From contig QMRC01000008.1 in NCBI GenBank assembly GCA_003649205.1, positions 20,245 through 84,244 of the forward strand: a stretch of 64,000 bases of DNA. Direction: 5' to 3'. The translations under genes were made by a program, and so were the position numbers. Below, piece after piece: positions 10,654 to 20,326 of this stretch. A model generated the notes under the pieces. That model was not told the origin of the DNA and ran no database searches. It saw nothing but the letters and a program-made list of their open reading frames with translations. The stretch is from Thermoprotei archaeon (GTDB taxonomy: Archaea; Thermoproteota; Thermoprotei; Thermoproteales; B15-G16). The stretch's first letter is position 1. Each line of letters begins with the position of its first letter.

Positions 10654-10764
10654 ATGTCCTCGTGGTTTGAGGAGGTTAAGAAGAAGCTCAAGCAGAAGGA
10701 GAGGGAGAGCGAGCTAGAGGTCATGTTTGGTAGTGAGGAGGGTAAGAAGCTGGATGCGTGTTGA
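10654..10764 (+). CDS. Small 36-aa peptide (MSSWFEEVKKKLKQKERESELEVMFGSEEGKKLDAC)
   Basis: RBS GAGGAG before ATG 10654; stop overlaps the start of the radical SAM gene; below the ORF-track size cutoff. Confidence 0.5.
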   Translation: MSSWFEEVKKKLKQKERESELEVMFGSEEGKKLDAC

Positions 10765-11497
10765 GAAGCTAACTGTAGTATTTGAGGTAACGTACAGGTG
10801 TCCCTTCTCATGCCCACACTGTTTTCAACCTAAGAACCTGTCGAGAGAGGTATCACCTAACGAGTTTCACTTCGTGCTCAATCTCATTAAGAAGGTTACA
10901 GACTTCAAACACGCAACAGTGATACTGTCTGGAGGAGAGCCGTGTACTGCACGACACCTATCCACGTACATAGATATAGCGAAGCACCTAGGGTATGACG
11001 TAGTTCTCGAAACTAGATGGCTACCCCCAATGACAGTACTAGAGCATCTAAAACATGTTGTTGTCTCTATAGATTCGTGGAATCTTGAGCTAGGTAAAGC
11101 TATTGTCAACTACGTACACAAGCTAGGAGGTAGAGTTGCCGTAAGGACAACACTTGTTAGGAATGGTCTAAGTACACTGAGTGAAATACTCAACTTCTGC
11201 ATGAGTAAGAACATCCCACTAGCTGTCGCACCCTACATAGGTACTAACACCGATCTAAGACCTACAAAGTTCGAGGTACAGAAGGCTCTAGACATGCTGT
11301 CAATGTATAGAGAGGTCTACTACATGTCGAACTGCATGGTAGGGAAGTCCATTGTGGTAGACCCGTACCTAAACGCTAGGTCATGTGTCTTCCTCTTCGA
11401 TGATGTCATCTCGATAGTTCACTATAGGGAGAAAGCTATTGAGAAGGTACTTCAGGGTAAAAAGTATAGGTGTATTGAGTATGGATTAGTACCGTAG
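10754..11497 (+). CDS. Radical SAM protein with C-terminal SPASM/twitch-like cysteines
   Basis: CPFSCPHC (CxxxCxxC), LSGGEP, VSIDS, C-terminal C..VDP..SC. Start placed at ATG 10754 (track start 10727). Confidence 0.85.
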   Translation: MRVEKLTVVFEVTYRCPFSCPHCFQPKNLSREVSPNEFHFVLNLIKKVTDFKHATVILSGGEPCTARHLSTYIDIAKHLGYDVVLETRWLPPMTVLEHLKHVVVSIDSWNLELGKAIVNYVHKLGGRVAVRTTLVRNGLSTLSEILNFCMSKNIPLAVAPYIGTNTDLRPTKFEVQKALDMLSMYREVYYMSNCMVGKSIVVDPYLNARSCVFLFDDVISIVHYREKAIEKVLQGKKYRCIEYGLVP

Positions 11498-12025
11498 GAA
11501 TGTTGGTACTGCAATTACCTCGACTAGGTACAGCATTACGTAGCCGAAGAGACCTAGAGCAACACCTAGTACTGCTGAGAGCAGTAGGATGTACCTCGGT
11601 TTGTCGAGTGGTAGAAATGTTAGGTGTTTCAGTACTTCCCTCATTATGTACTTAACAGATATGCCGTACATGAAGCCCCATAGGAAGATCACTGGATTCG
11701 TTACACCTGCAAATACGTATGCCATGATGTACCCTGTAACTAGTGCACACACTATTGCAGATACCTCATCTACTGCAGTACCTACCATACTTCTACTCTC
11801 GACTTGATGTACGTACTTCGGTACTCTAATGGCTACGAGTGACTTACCTAGTGCCTTGGATATCATGTACATGACTACGTAGTTGTAGCTAACGAACATA
11901 GACGCTATGAACTGATTAACCAAGTCATCCCCAGCACAGAGCAACCTTATCGTAAGTATTGCAAATGCAGTAGCTACAGAGTGATAGAGCCCCAGCACCT
12001 TCTCAACAATGTCCTTACTCGACAT
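11486..12025 (-). CDS. Multi-pass membrane protein
   Basis: About five hydrophobic helices. Confidence 0.7.
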   Translation of the reverse strand: MSSKDIVEKVLGLYHSVATAFAILTIRLLCAGDDLVNQFIASMFVSYNYVVMYMISKALGKSLVAIRVPKYVHQVESRSMVGTAVDEVSAIVCALVTGYIMAYVFAGVTNPVIFLWGFMYGISVKYIMREVLKHLTFLPLDKPRYILLLSAVLGVALGLFGYVMLYLVEVIAVPTFLRY

Positions 12026-12046
12026 TACTGTCCCCTACCTCAGTCC

Positions 12047-12343
12047 CTACTTCTTCTCACTACTTACCCCTGCTCTTTCTCGGACTAGAGACTTTAACTC
12101 TCTAAGCGATATGTCGAGACCTTTCGTTATTGTAGCTATTACATCTTGCATGCAGAGGCTGTAGTGGTGCCAGAACTCATCTTCGTTCTTAGCTAGCTTC
12201 GAAGCTACCTTGATGCAGTACATGAACGCTGGTTTCAAGTACTCAACTGGGTGACCTATACCGAACTTGTCTGAGTAGTTCTTTGTTAGGTACTCCTCAA
12301 GTGCTTTCTCAAGTTCAGAAGCTACCTTCTCTACTGTTGACAT
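12047..12343 (-). CDS. Small helical hypothetical protein
   Basis: ORF in the membrane gene cluster. Confidence 0.65.
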   Translation of the reverse strand: MSTVEKVASELEKALEEYLTKNYSDKFGIGHPVEYLKPAFMYCIKVASKLAKNEDEFWHHYSLCMQDVIATITKGLDISLRELKSLVRERAGVSSEKK

Positions 12344-12379
12344 ACATGAGAAAAAGGAGGAGTGGAGAAATTAAATGTT

Positions 12380-13096
12380 TTAGACGTACTTCACTCTTCT
12401 AGTTGATGCTACTGACTTAGCTCCAGCCCTCATCAATATTGCTAGTGCAACTATGAATATTATCGCAATGCCGATAGCTACAAACCAGAAGTACGTCACT
12501 GGTATGACGTAGACTAGCTGGTAGTAGCCCATGACATCGTAGTCTCTATCTACTGTGATTGTGAGTGATGGTTCTGTTAGCTCACTTGTGTCGTATGTTA
12601 GCTTCTTGAAGACTGCCTTCCTCAGTAGCTCTACCTTGTGCTCCTTCGGATATATAATTGTCACCGTCTCAGCCATGTAGATGGTTGCATTGGTGTTTAC
12701 TGTGTAGTTTAGCTTAGTTGCATTGATGCTCACTATCACGGGTATGGAGTACGTTAGGTTTGCTAGAAGCCTCACCTTGTGTAGTGTCGTTAGGTTGTAC
12801 TCAACAGTACCGTTAACTATGTCACTTGGTTTGAAGGTCTTCAGTGCGTACTCACCAGTTGCTAGCGTTATAATCACTGTGAAGTCCTTGCTGGTGTCGA
12901 TATCTACAACTGCCCAACCTGTTGAGTTTGTTGTTGCTTCAGCAACCTTCTTACCGTCCTGATAGACGGCGAGTGGCACACCTGCGACTGCCTCGGTCTT
13001 ATTCACTACGTGGATGTACACCTTATCTGGTTCTGCAAGTGCAATTGGTACTGCGAGCACTAGTGCTATTGCTAGCAGTAGCAGTAGGTACCTCAT
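12380..13096 (-). CDS. Type I membrane (glyco)protein with Ig-like ectodomain
   Basis: Signal peptide, TTNSTGWA module, N-x-T/S sites, C-terminal TM, basic tail ending RRVKYV. Confidence 0.8.
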   Translation of the reverse strand: MRYLLLLLAIALVLAVPIALAEPDKVYIHVVNKTEAVAGVPLAVYQDGKKVAEATTNSTGWAVVDIDTSKDFTVIITLATGEYALKTFKPSDIVNGTVEYNLTTLHKVRLLANLTYSIPVIVSINATKLNYTVNTNATIYMAETVTIIYPKEHKVELLRKAVFKKLTYDTSELTEPSLTITVDRDYDVMGYYQLVYVIPVTYFWFVAIGIAIIFIVALAILMRAGAKSVASTRRVKYV

Positions 13097-13151
13097 ACCT
13101 CTTCACCACTCCTGATAGGAGTACTAAACCTACTTTTTAATAAGTTTCTTA

Positions 13152-14657
13152 TCAACTCCTTATCTTCTCCCTAGGTACTCCGTAACCCATCCAGATGTCC
13201 TTCATCTTCAGCTCGATAGCACCGAAGAGAGCGTACTTCTCACACCAGCTCATCAAGGTCTTCCTCACATCCTCTGGAGTTGGCTCCCTCCCAATAACCT
13301 CCCTATACAGCTGAACTACCTTAGCACACATCCCAGCTACACACGGAGTAGCCATCGAGGTACCCGACATCATGACGTAGTACTCACCTATCTTGAGGGG
13401 TAGGTTGTACTCATCGATTAACTGCTCGTAAAGTGAGTACACCGTAACTGGTAGGCAGGAGACAACCCACACACCTGCACCACAGCAATCAGGCTTAATC
13501 CTACCATCTATTGTCGGACCTGCAGAGCTGAAGCTAGCTACTTGATCTAGGTATGGATCCATTGCTCCTACGCTAATTACCTTGTGTGCACATGCAGGTA
13601 TGTTTATCGTGTATGGGAAGATGTAGTTGTTACCCATCGCAACACACACCACGATACCTTTCTCAACCAACTTATCGCATGCTAGCGATATTGGGTCACT
13701 ACCATCACTAGCCTTCGGTATACCCCACGAGAACGAGCACACCTTTATCTTGAACCTCTCAGCATTTCTGTAGATCCACTCAAGTGCATCAAGTATGATG
13801 TCACTAGATGAGTAACCCTCCCTACTAAATGCCTTAACCACAACAAGCTCACTAGCAGGAGCAAGACCCATGTACCTACCATTACTAGCAACACCCCTAG
13901 ATGCTACAATACCAGCACAGTGCGTACCATGTCCGTTGCAGTCTATCCAAGGGTACTCGGTTAGGTTGTAGGTCTCTACTAGTTGTCTCTCGAATTCCCA
14001 TGCCTCTTCAAGAGTTCCGTTAACACCCTTAATCCATGTGAGTGGTGTTCCTTCTTTAGTTCTTACAAGCATTGAGACGAGTACTTTAACTGCATCTCTC
14101 AGATCTGGATGTAGGTAATCTACACCGCTATCAACTATACACACTACTACACCTCTACCAGTTAGGTACCTCGATCTGTGGTAATCTCGCTTTATGTCAC
14201 CACTGTATGCTATCGCTATGGGTAGTGTCTCCGTTAGCTCTGACCTAGTCATTATCATACCAATCCACTTACTGATAGGTTCTGGGAATGTTGGCTTCAT
14301 CGAGCCGAAGACCGATATTGAGAATTGAGCTATTGACTTAACCTCATCTAGACTTCTCGCACAGTACTTCACAATTACTAAATCACCGAACCTCCAAGTC
14401 TTCACTATTCGACTTCTATCGAGTTTACTGAGGTTCTCAGCATTTAGGGATATGTAGACTGTGCATGGGTATGCTGTTGAGTTCATCAGCTCTGGATCAA
14501 TGTGTGTCAGTAGGTAGCTTATAGATGCTGAGTACCAGAACGCACTTGAGAAACCTAGGAGTGTACCCACTACAGTAAGCACTGTCACTACTGCTATGTA
14601 GAGCCTTCTCCTAGCTCTTACACGTACCTTCCTGTACTCAGCACCTAGGTAGCTCAT
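13152..14657 (-). CDS. Membrane-anchored subtilisin-like S8 serine protease
   Basis: Catalytic triad motifs VDSGVD, HGTHCAG, GTSMATP; N-terminal TM and prodomain. Confidence 0.95.
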   Translation of the reverse strand: MSYLGAEYRKVRVRARRRLYIAVVTVLTVVGTLLGFSSAFWYSASISYLLTHIDPELMNSTAYPCTVYISLNAENLSKLDRSRIVKTWRFGDLVIVKYCARSLDEVKSIAQFSISVFGSMKPTFPEPISKWIGMIMTRSELTETLPIAIAYSGDIKRDYHRSRYLTGRGVVVCIVDSGVDYLHPDLRDAVKVLVSMLVRTKEGTPLTWIKGVNGTLEEAWEFERQLVETYNLTEYPWIDCNGHGTHCAGIVASRGVASNGRYMGLAPASELVVVKAFSREGYSSSDIILDALEWIYRNAERFKIKVCSFSWGIPKASDGSDPISLACDKLVEKGIVVCVAMGNNYIFPYTINIPACAHKVISVGAMDPYLDQVASFSSAGPTIDGRIKPDCCGAGVWVVSCLPVTVYSLYEQLIDEYNLPLKIGEYYVMMSGTSMATPCVAGMCAKVVQLYREVIGREPTPEDVRKTLMSWCEKYALFGAIELKMKDIWMGYGVPREKIRS

Positions 14658-15082
14658 AGGTACTTCACCGCTCTAACACTCACTACCTTCCTACCGTATC
14701 TGAGCTTGAACATGTCGTAGATTGCCGTTACTACCATCATAGTACCTGCTAGTATTACACCGAACCAGAACGGTATTGTGAAGTAGTGTATGTAGAGCAT
14801 TCCGTAGAGTACCATTGCCATACCTACAATACCTGAAATAGACTCAAATACGTAGTTAGCTAGTCTGTAGATGCTCTTCTCCACTGGTATAAGTGATCTA
14901 CCTGTTACTGATCTAGCGACATCATCTAGAGCATCTACACTAGACAGTAGCACTAACACAGCAAGTAGTGGTGCTTCAGGACTTGTCATGGTTGCGAAGA
15001 ACATCGCAACTATGAGAAGGAACACAAAGGTGAAACCATTCAGAGCAGTAACGAGTACCCTAGTTAGCAAGTTGATCACCAT
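14654..15082 (-). CDS. Four-TM membrane protein
   Basis: Hydrophobic helices; tail RAVKYL. Confidence 0.7.
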   Translation of the reverse strand: MVINLLTRVLVTALNGFTFVFLLIVAMFFATMTSPEAPLLAVLVLLSSVDALDDVARSVTGRSLIPVEKSIYRLANYVFESISGIVGMAMVLYGMLYIHYFTIPFWFGVILAGTMMVVTAIYDMFKLRYGRKVVSVRAVKYL

Positions 15083-15115
15083 AAATAAAAAGGGAAGAGA
15101 GAAGGATTTAGGTGT

Positions 15116-15577
15116 TTACTCCTTGGTACCGAGCTTAGGTTTTGGTAGCTTTCCGAGGAAGAACAGTACTGCTAGTACTACGGCACCAGCTATGATTCCA
15201 GCTATGATGAGCGACTGCACGAATGTCATTAGGAGGAACTCTGTGTAGCTAGGTGTTGCATAGTGTAGTGCTAGTGGGAGGTAGCCCTTAACTGATGCAC
15301 CCCACAGTATCAGTGCTAGACCGAGACCGAGCATGTAGTAGAACGGCTTAATCCTCTCGTACTTTGCTGGTAGGAACTCACCTATCATGAACCACACTGC
15401 AACTGCAAACACTGTCAACCCTGCTAGCAGTGGAGAGACCTTGAGCATTGTAACGACTGTCAGTATGATCACTAGTACAACCATGAAGGCAATGAAGCTT
15501 AAGTACCTCCTCACTTCCGCTCTTCCTCTCCCTGCCTGCTTCGGCACTACGTAGACTAGCTTAGCCATACTCCACAC
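15116..15577 (-). CDS. Four-TM membrane protein
   Basis: Four hydrophobic helices, basic termini. Confidence 0.7.
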   Translation of the reverse strand: MWSMAKLVYVVPKQAGRGRAEVRRYLSFIAFMVVLVIILTVVTMLKVSPLLAGLTVFAVAVWFMIGEFLPAKYERIKPFYYMLGLGLALILWGASVKGYLPLALHYATPSYTEFLLMTFVQSLIIAGIIAGAVVLAVLFFLGKLPKPKLGTKE

Positions 15578-15621
15578 CTAAGTTAAACAGCGACTACAAA
15601 CATTTAAAGGTTCCACTTCCC

Positions 15622-16197
15622 TTAGAGGTACCTCTCTAAGTAACCGCAGAAACGTCTTAATCTAGCTCTCTTCACCTTCTTCTCAGTACGTATCTCGTTA
15701 ATTGTTGCAACTAAGTTGTTGATGATGTGACCAAGCACTGATGCGAGTCCGTAACCTCTACTCCACATGTACCACGATACTAGAGCAAGGCTTCCGAAGT
15801 GAATTAAACCAACGAGAACTACCTTAAGTACTTCCCTTCTCCTACCTCTACTGCTCGGTACTAGCTCAAGTACACTATCTACCCAACCCCCAATGTGTAG
15901 AATAGCCCACAGCACTGCAGTTAACAAGCTGAGCCAAGGGCTCACGAGTAGTGGTAGTGCAAAGAAGACAATCTCCTCCAGTATAGGTATTGTGAATCCT
16001 GACTGAAGTGTAGTTAGTACAGGTGACTCAATTGGTACGTACCACATGTAGGTGAACCAGTGCCTAACATCTGACCTCCTAGGTACGTACCCTATCCTCA
16101 CGAATTTAATTGGGATTTGAGTCAGTACGTTAACTAACCAGTACACTATGAACCACTTACACAGCTCAACAGCATTGAGAGAGAACACTAGAGTCAT
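15622..16197 (-). CDS. CPBP (CAAX/Abi-type) intramembrane metalloprotease
   Basis: EEIVFF, WAILH and H-xxx-N (GHIINN) motifs. Confidence 0.8.
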   Translation of the reverse strand: MTLVFSLNAVELCKWFIVYWLVNVLTQIPIKFVRIGYVPRRSDVRHWFTYMWYVPIESPVLTTLQSGFTIPILEEIVFFALPLLVSPWLSLLTAVLWAILHIGGWVDSVLELVPSSRGRRREVLKVVLVGLIHFGSLALVSWYMWSRGYGLASVLGHIINNLVATINEIRTEKKVKRARLRRFCGYLERYL

Positions 16198-16751
16198 GCT
16201 TCAAGTCCCTCACTTCTTGCGAATTCCTTTAGGTCTCGAATCTTTGTCTCGTAGTGTGGTATGAATACTACACGTAATATCAGCTGTATAAATGCTAAGA
16301 TCATGAAGGCTAGGTACGTGTAAATACCTGTGTAGGTTAGAGCAACTGTACCACAGAATAGGTGAATTAGGAAGTCTACAAAGTAGAGAGGTAATGGAAT
16401 TCTGATCTCAACCTCTTCACTCGGTATTCTAACTCCGTAGATTGCAAATATTATTATAAATGTGATGAGTATGTAGCAGTCGTAGAAGATCTTGATGTAT
16501 GGTGTGATGGCACGTATGTATGCTGGTAATCTAACAAATACACCTCTAAGTGCCTCGAAGACAATCACTGGTGGGATACCTAGTACAGTGAATGTATGGG
16601 TTACTACGAGTAGAAAGTACGCCACAAATGAGAGATTCGCAATTCTCCTGAACCTTCTCTCAAAGGCTTCAGCTTCTATAGGTGTGAACGTTAATCTAGC
16701 TAGTTCCTCAAGCTCTCTCGAAACGTCACCTCTCTCACGTTCTTCAGCCAC
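16194..16751 (-). CDS. Multi-pass membrane protein
   Basis: Four hydrophobic segments. Confidence 0.7.
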   Translation of the reverse strand: MAEERERGDVSRELEELARLTFTPIEAEAFERRFRRIANLSFVAYFLLVVTHTFTVLGIPPVIVFEALRGVFVRLPAYIRAITPYIKIFYDCYILITFIIIFAIYGVRIPSEEVEIRIPLPLYFVDFLIHLFCGTVALTYTGIYTYLAFMILAFIQLILRVVFIPHYETKIRDLKEFARSEGLEA

Positions 16752-17137
16752 TAGATGCTCACCTCCTCACAGCCTGTAGGTAGTGTAACTGGATCTAGTA
16801 CGAGATCTCCATTTTCATCAGCGTCGGTGACGTCTATGTACCTCCAACCGCTCGATCCCTTGAAGTAGCAAGCTACTACACACCTAGTTCTCAAACCTAC
16901 CTTTCTGAGAACTCTAGCAAATTCGTGCAGTTGCTTAAGCTGGTGTAGAGGTAACCTAACTACACTTCCTCTACTCGTCTTAACCTCAACTAGGTACACC
17001 GTACCTTGCTTAAACACTATGAAGTCAGGTGTACCAAAGCGACACAGCGGTACATACGGTAGTCCCCTACTCCTCAATTTCATCTCAAATTTCTTCTCAC
17101 CCTCTCTACCAATGATCCTCCTAAGTACTCTCTGCAT
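16751..17137 (-). CDS. hjc: Archaeal Holliday junction resolvase (Hjc-like PD-(D/E)xK nuclease)
   Basis: GREGE..L..RG, TPDFIV, LVEVKT, QLKQL. Confidence 0.8.
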   Translation of the reverse strand: MQRVLRRIIGREGEKKFEMKLRSRGLPYVPLCRFGTPDFIVFKQGTVYLVEVKTSRGSVVRLPLHQLKQLHEFARVLRKVGLRTRCVVACYFKGSSGWRYIDVTDADENGDLVLDPVTLPTGCEEVSI

Positions 17138-17188
17138 CTAGTACCTATACCTCATACTTTAATATATGTTCTATGTGATGTACTCAAT

Positions 17189-17449
17189 ATGGGCTATCGA
17201 GCAGTTCTGAGAATTGTCTCTGCGGGAATGTCATTACTTGCAGATACTCTAGACCTAATCCCTGCTCTGTGGATTCCAGTTCTCGGTGATGTACTCGACC
17301 TAGTTACTGTAGTACTGAATCTACTAGCTATAGGCAATTGGGGATTACTCGGCTTACTTGAGCTAATCCCAGTACCACTCTTCGATGTTGCACCATTCCA
17401 CACCCTAGCACACATACTTAGGTCTTTCTTCTCTTCGAAAGAACGTTAG
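17189..17449 (+). CDS. Small hydrophobic membrane protein
   Basis: Internal repeat LDLIP/LELIP; hydrophobic. Confidence 0.6.
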   Translation: MGYRAVLRIVSAGMSLLADTLDLIPALWIPVLGDVLDLVTVVLNLLAIGNWGLLGLLELIPVPLFDVAPFHTLAHILRSFFSSKER

Positions 17450-18014
17450 TCCAAGGATTGTCACGGATGAAGTCAGGTAGATCGCTTAGGTCAGTGCTCT
17501 TGCTCTCCTCAGCTAGCTTACCGATATCTCTCCTAATCTCTTCACTAGATAGCTTATGTACTCTAGGCTCTACTGAGTAGAGCATTGTCTTCTCTATGAA
17601 CGATAGCTTACTACGTAACTCATACAGAATCTTCTTAGCCTCAGCCACATCGTAACCCATTGACAGCAACTTATCTAACTTCATATTTATCTCATCTAAC
17701 CTAGCCTTAATCTCCTCCAAATCAAAACCTAGGTAATCCCTCATAGCCTCAATAAGGACAACAGTCTTGAACTTACCCTCATCATACATCCTCCTCAACC
17801 TATACCAATCATTGAGTATTCTATGCATGAGTTCATAGAGTATATCTGTTCTAAACACTTGAGTTGCATATCTCAAGATCCTCATATTTGCTGGATTAGA
17901 AACAAAGGTGAAGTAGTATATTGGTCTTTGCCTCAATGATGCAACAGTTCTCTCAGTTGGCATACTGTGAATTAATACGCAGATTCTCTTTTTAACTAAA
18001 ACGCTCCATAACAA
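17418..18014 (-). CDS. Hypothetical protein with coiled coil and LPDFIRDNPW C-terminal motif
   Basis: ORF; true start probably the internal MPTE. Confidence 0.65.
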   Translation of the reverse strand: MLWSVLVKKRICVLIHSMPTERTVASLRQRPIYYFTFVSNPANMRILRYATQVFRTDILYELMHRILNDWYRLRRMYDEGKFKTVVLIEAMRDYLGFDLEEIKARLDEINMKLDKLLSMGYDVAEAKKILYELRSKLSFIEKTMLYSVEPRVHKLSSEEIRRDIGKLAEESKSTDLSDLPDFIRDNPWTNVLSKRRKT

Positions 18015-18069
18015 ACTAAAATGCTGTAATGCAGGTAAAGACTTTTAAGCTTGACTCTACTACGTATCT

Positions 18070-18408
18070 ATGGGAACTACCATGTCTTTCGATGTTGTTA
18101 TCTACTCGGTTGCTGGGAGTTTAGTTGCTGGTATCTGTACTGGTATGTTCTTGAGGTACCTCACAAAGTTCATTCTACTGCTAGCTGGTTTCGTATCCTT
18201 TGTCCTTGCTGTACTTGCTTCACTAGGAATTGTTGTCGTTAGATGGGAAGCACTCTCAACACTAATCGAGAAGATTATCACAGCTCTAGGAGGTTACGCA
18301 CCAGCCGTACTAACTCTAGGTGTACCATTTGCAGTTGGGTGTATTCTAGGGTACTTCATCAAGCTACCACTAACTGTAGAAAAAAGAAGGAGAATTAGAT
18401 ACCTTTAA
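18070..18408 (+). CDS. FUN14-family membrane protein
   Basis: GSLVAGICTGMFLRYLTKFILLLAG..LASLGIVVVRWEAL pattern; tail RRRIRYL. Confidence 0.75.
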   Translation: MGTTMSFDVVIYSVAGSLVAGICTGMFLRYLTKFILLLAGFVSFVLAVLASLGIVVVRWEALSTLIEKIITALGGYAPAVLTLGVPFAVGCILGYFIKLPLTVEKRRRIRYL

Positions 18409-18437
18409 GGAATTGAGCACGTACCTCCTCTAATCAC

Positions 18438-18845
18438 TTAATCAATGACTACTAGGTACGATGCCTTGAACCCTGTCTCAGTAACTACTTCAACAATGTA
18501 GCTTCCCTCTGGTAGGTGCTTACATATCTTCACTAGAGCTACTTCATTCGGTTTCACTACTACGTCAATATCCTTGATGAACTGTACTTCCTTGCCTTCT
18601 TTATACACGATGACTTGTACTAGGTGTGCACTTACCTTTCCTATGTTTCTCACGTAGATGTACAGTGTTGAGTCCTTGTAGCACACTGCCTCAATTCTCA
18701 CGAATTGATTGAATACCTTTGGTATTGCTGATAGCTGTGTCTGTACGAAGCTGGAGACAAATGCGAACACCGTCAGCACTAGTATCACTGCTACTAGGCA
18801 GTACAGCACCACGCTTAGTGTGTATGAAACTCCTTTAGACCTCAT
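18438..18845 (-). CDS. Archaeal type IV pilin-like protein (class III signal peptide)
   Basis: MRSKG|VSYTLSVVL hydrophobic N-terminus; IYVRNIG..VKPNEV..YIVEVVTETG pilin-like globular domain. Confidence 0.75.
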   Translation of the reverse strand: MRSKGVSYTLSVVLYCLVAVILVLTVFAFVSSFVQTQLSAIPKVFNQFVRIEAVCYKDSTLYIYVRNIGKVSAHLVQVIVYKEGKEVQFIKDIDVVVKPNEVALVKICKHLPEGSYIVEVVTETGFKASYLVVID

Positions 18846-18913
18846 ACTACATTCCCTACACCTCTAGTATCTTACAGAATTTTTAAGTAGTTACACATAC
18901 TGAGAAGTTATGT

Positions 18914-19315
18914 ATGAAGATTAGGAATATCTTACTAACTGTAGTAGCTATACTAGTTGCTATAGACTACACACTAACCTACATCATAGTTAAGTCTGGT
19001 CTAGGTGTTGAGGCTAATCCCTTCACTGCTAGGTTCTTCACACGTGATGTAGACATCAGTACTGTCGTCACTCTCTACGTAATGTCTATATCTACTGCCT
19101 ACACCATGTTGAAGGTACTTGAGCTAGTGTACACGTACCTCGTGAGGCTCCTCAAGGTTAAGTCGAGCAAGTTCATCGAGTACGTTAGGTTGTTCATGTA
19201 CATTCAGTTCCTAGGCACAATATCAGTTCTAGAAGCCATCACAGTAGTGAACAACCTCATGGTGTACCTAGGACTAGGACAACTACACTTTTTAATACAT
19301 TTGATTAGTGGTTAG
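18914..19315 (+). CDS. DUF5658-like membrane protein
   Basis: D-xx-LT...G-x-EANP motif with TM helices. Confidence 0.6.
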   Translation: MKIRNILLTVVAILVAIDYTLTYIIVKSGLGVEANPFTARFFTRDVDISTVVTLYVMSISTAYTMLKVLELVYTYLVRLLKVKSSKFIEYVRLFMYIQFLGTISVLEAITVVNNLMVYLGLGQLHFLIHLISG

Positions 19316-19330
19316 TGTCGGTGAGTATGT

Positions 19331-19600
19331 ATGAGGCATAGGGAACTACTGACTTCTCTACTTGCTGTAGGGAATGAGCTTAAGGTAGAGATACCTAGAG
19401 CTTGGTTGGAGGAGTACGTGGAGTCGTATGGACTTGGGAGAGACTTCGTAGAGAAGGTGCTTAAGTGTAGACCAAGTGAGACACCTGACTACTACGTATG
19501 TACGCTAGCTGAGAAAAAGGGAGAGAGTATTGTTCTAAACGTGGTGATGTTGAAGGTACTTGATGAGTTTCTGAGAGATCTACAGAAGATGCTTGGTTAG
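19331..19600 (+). CDS. Hypothetical protein
   Basis: RBS GGTGAG; ORF. Confidence 0.6.
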   Translation: MRHRELLTSLLAVGNELKVEIPRAWLEEYVESYGLGRDFVEKVLKCRPSETPDYYVCTLAEKKGESIVLNVVMLKVLDEFLRDLQKMLG

Positions 19601-19881
19601 TGCTCAACATCTACGTCAGGTATTTTTGTATCTACAATCGCTACTCTAATACCTAGATCATCATCGAGGTAGACCTGTAACCTAATTCTCTTTCTATCTG
19701 CACGGAAGTAATCTAGTGCTCTAATCACCTTCACTAGCTGTCTAGAAAGAATGTAGAGAGGGCAGAAGTTACATTTCCGCTGTTTGCAGTACTGCAAGAC
19801 ATCTTCAGCTAACTCATCCTCCATGTAGTACTCTATGCCTTCCCTAGTACAGACGAACTGCCTCAAGGCTTGCTTGCTCAA
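19597..19881 (-). CDS. Small Cys-containing hypothetical protein
   Basis: C-xxxx-CNFCP; overlaps upstream stop. Confidence 0.6.
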   Translation of the reverse strand: MSKQALRQFVCTREGIEYYMEDELAEDVLQYCKQRKCNFCPLYILSRQLVKVIRALDYFRADRKRIRLQVYLDDDLGIRVAIVDTKIPDVDVEH

Positions 19882-20324
19882 GGTCTAGCGAACCTCACGT
19901 GAACTTTCCTAACCTCGATGTACGGCTTTCTCCTCTTCAACCTACTGATGAAGAACCCTAGCTTATCTAGGAACTCCCTTATCTCACCAGCTTTCAAGCT
20001 CTTCGTTATTATTAGCTCGTCGTCGTGGTATAGGAGTGGGATATCTATTTCCTCCATTCCGTAGAATCTCCTAATTACGTTCAGTAACTTGCTGTACTCC
20101 TCACTAGATAGCTCTGCAACCCATCTAGTACCTCTCGGTACTGAGACATTGATGTTAACTCCAGTTGGTGACTTCACTAACTCAATCTCTATATTACCAA
20201 GTCTTCTATCGGGAACAATGCACAGTGCTAGATCTCCTCTGACATCGCACCCAACCTCTATGCCGTACTTCGAGAATATTTCCTTAAGCTCAGACGCTAC
20301 CTTAGATATCTCAACCTCAGCCAT
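19878..20324 (-). CDS. Hypothetical protein
   Basis: Operonic ORF. Confidence 0.65.
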   Translation of the reverse strand: MAEVEISKVASELKEIFSKYGIEVGCDVRGDLALCIVPDRRLGNIEIELVKSPTGVNINVSVPRGTRWVAELSSEEYSKLLNVIRRFYGMEEIDIPLLYHDDELIITKSLKAGEIREFLDKLGFFISRLKRRKPYIEVRKVHVRFARP

Positions 20325-20326
20325 AC

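Noticed and set aside
12047-12343. Faint resemblance to rudivirus-type major capsid protein (FGI..P..AF..KVA..L)
   Set aside because: Too few matching residues and no basic N-terminal arm; needs a structural search.
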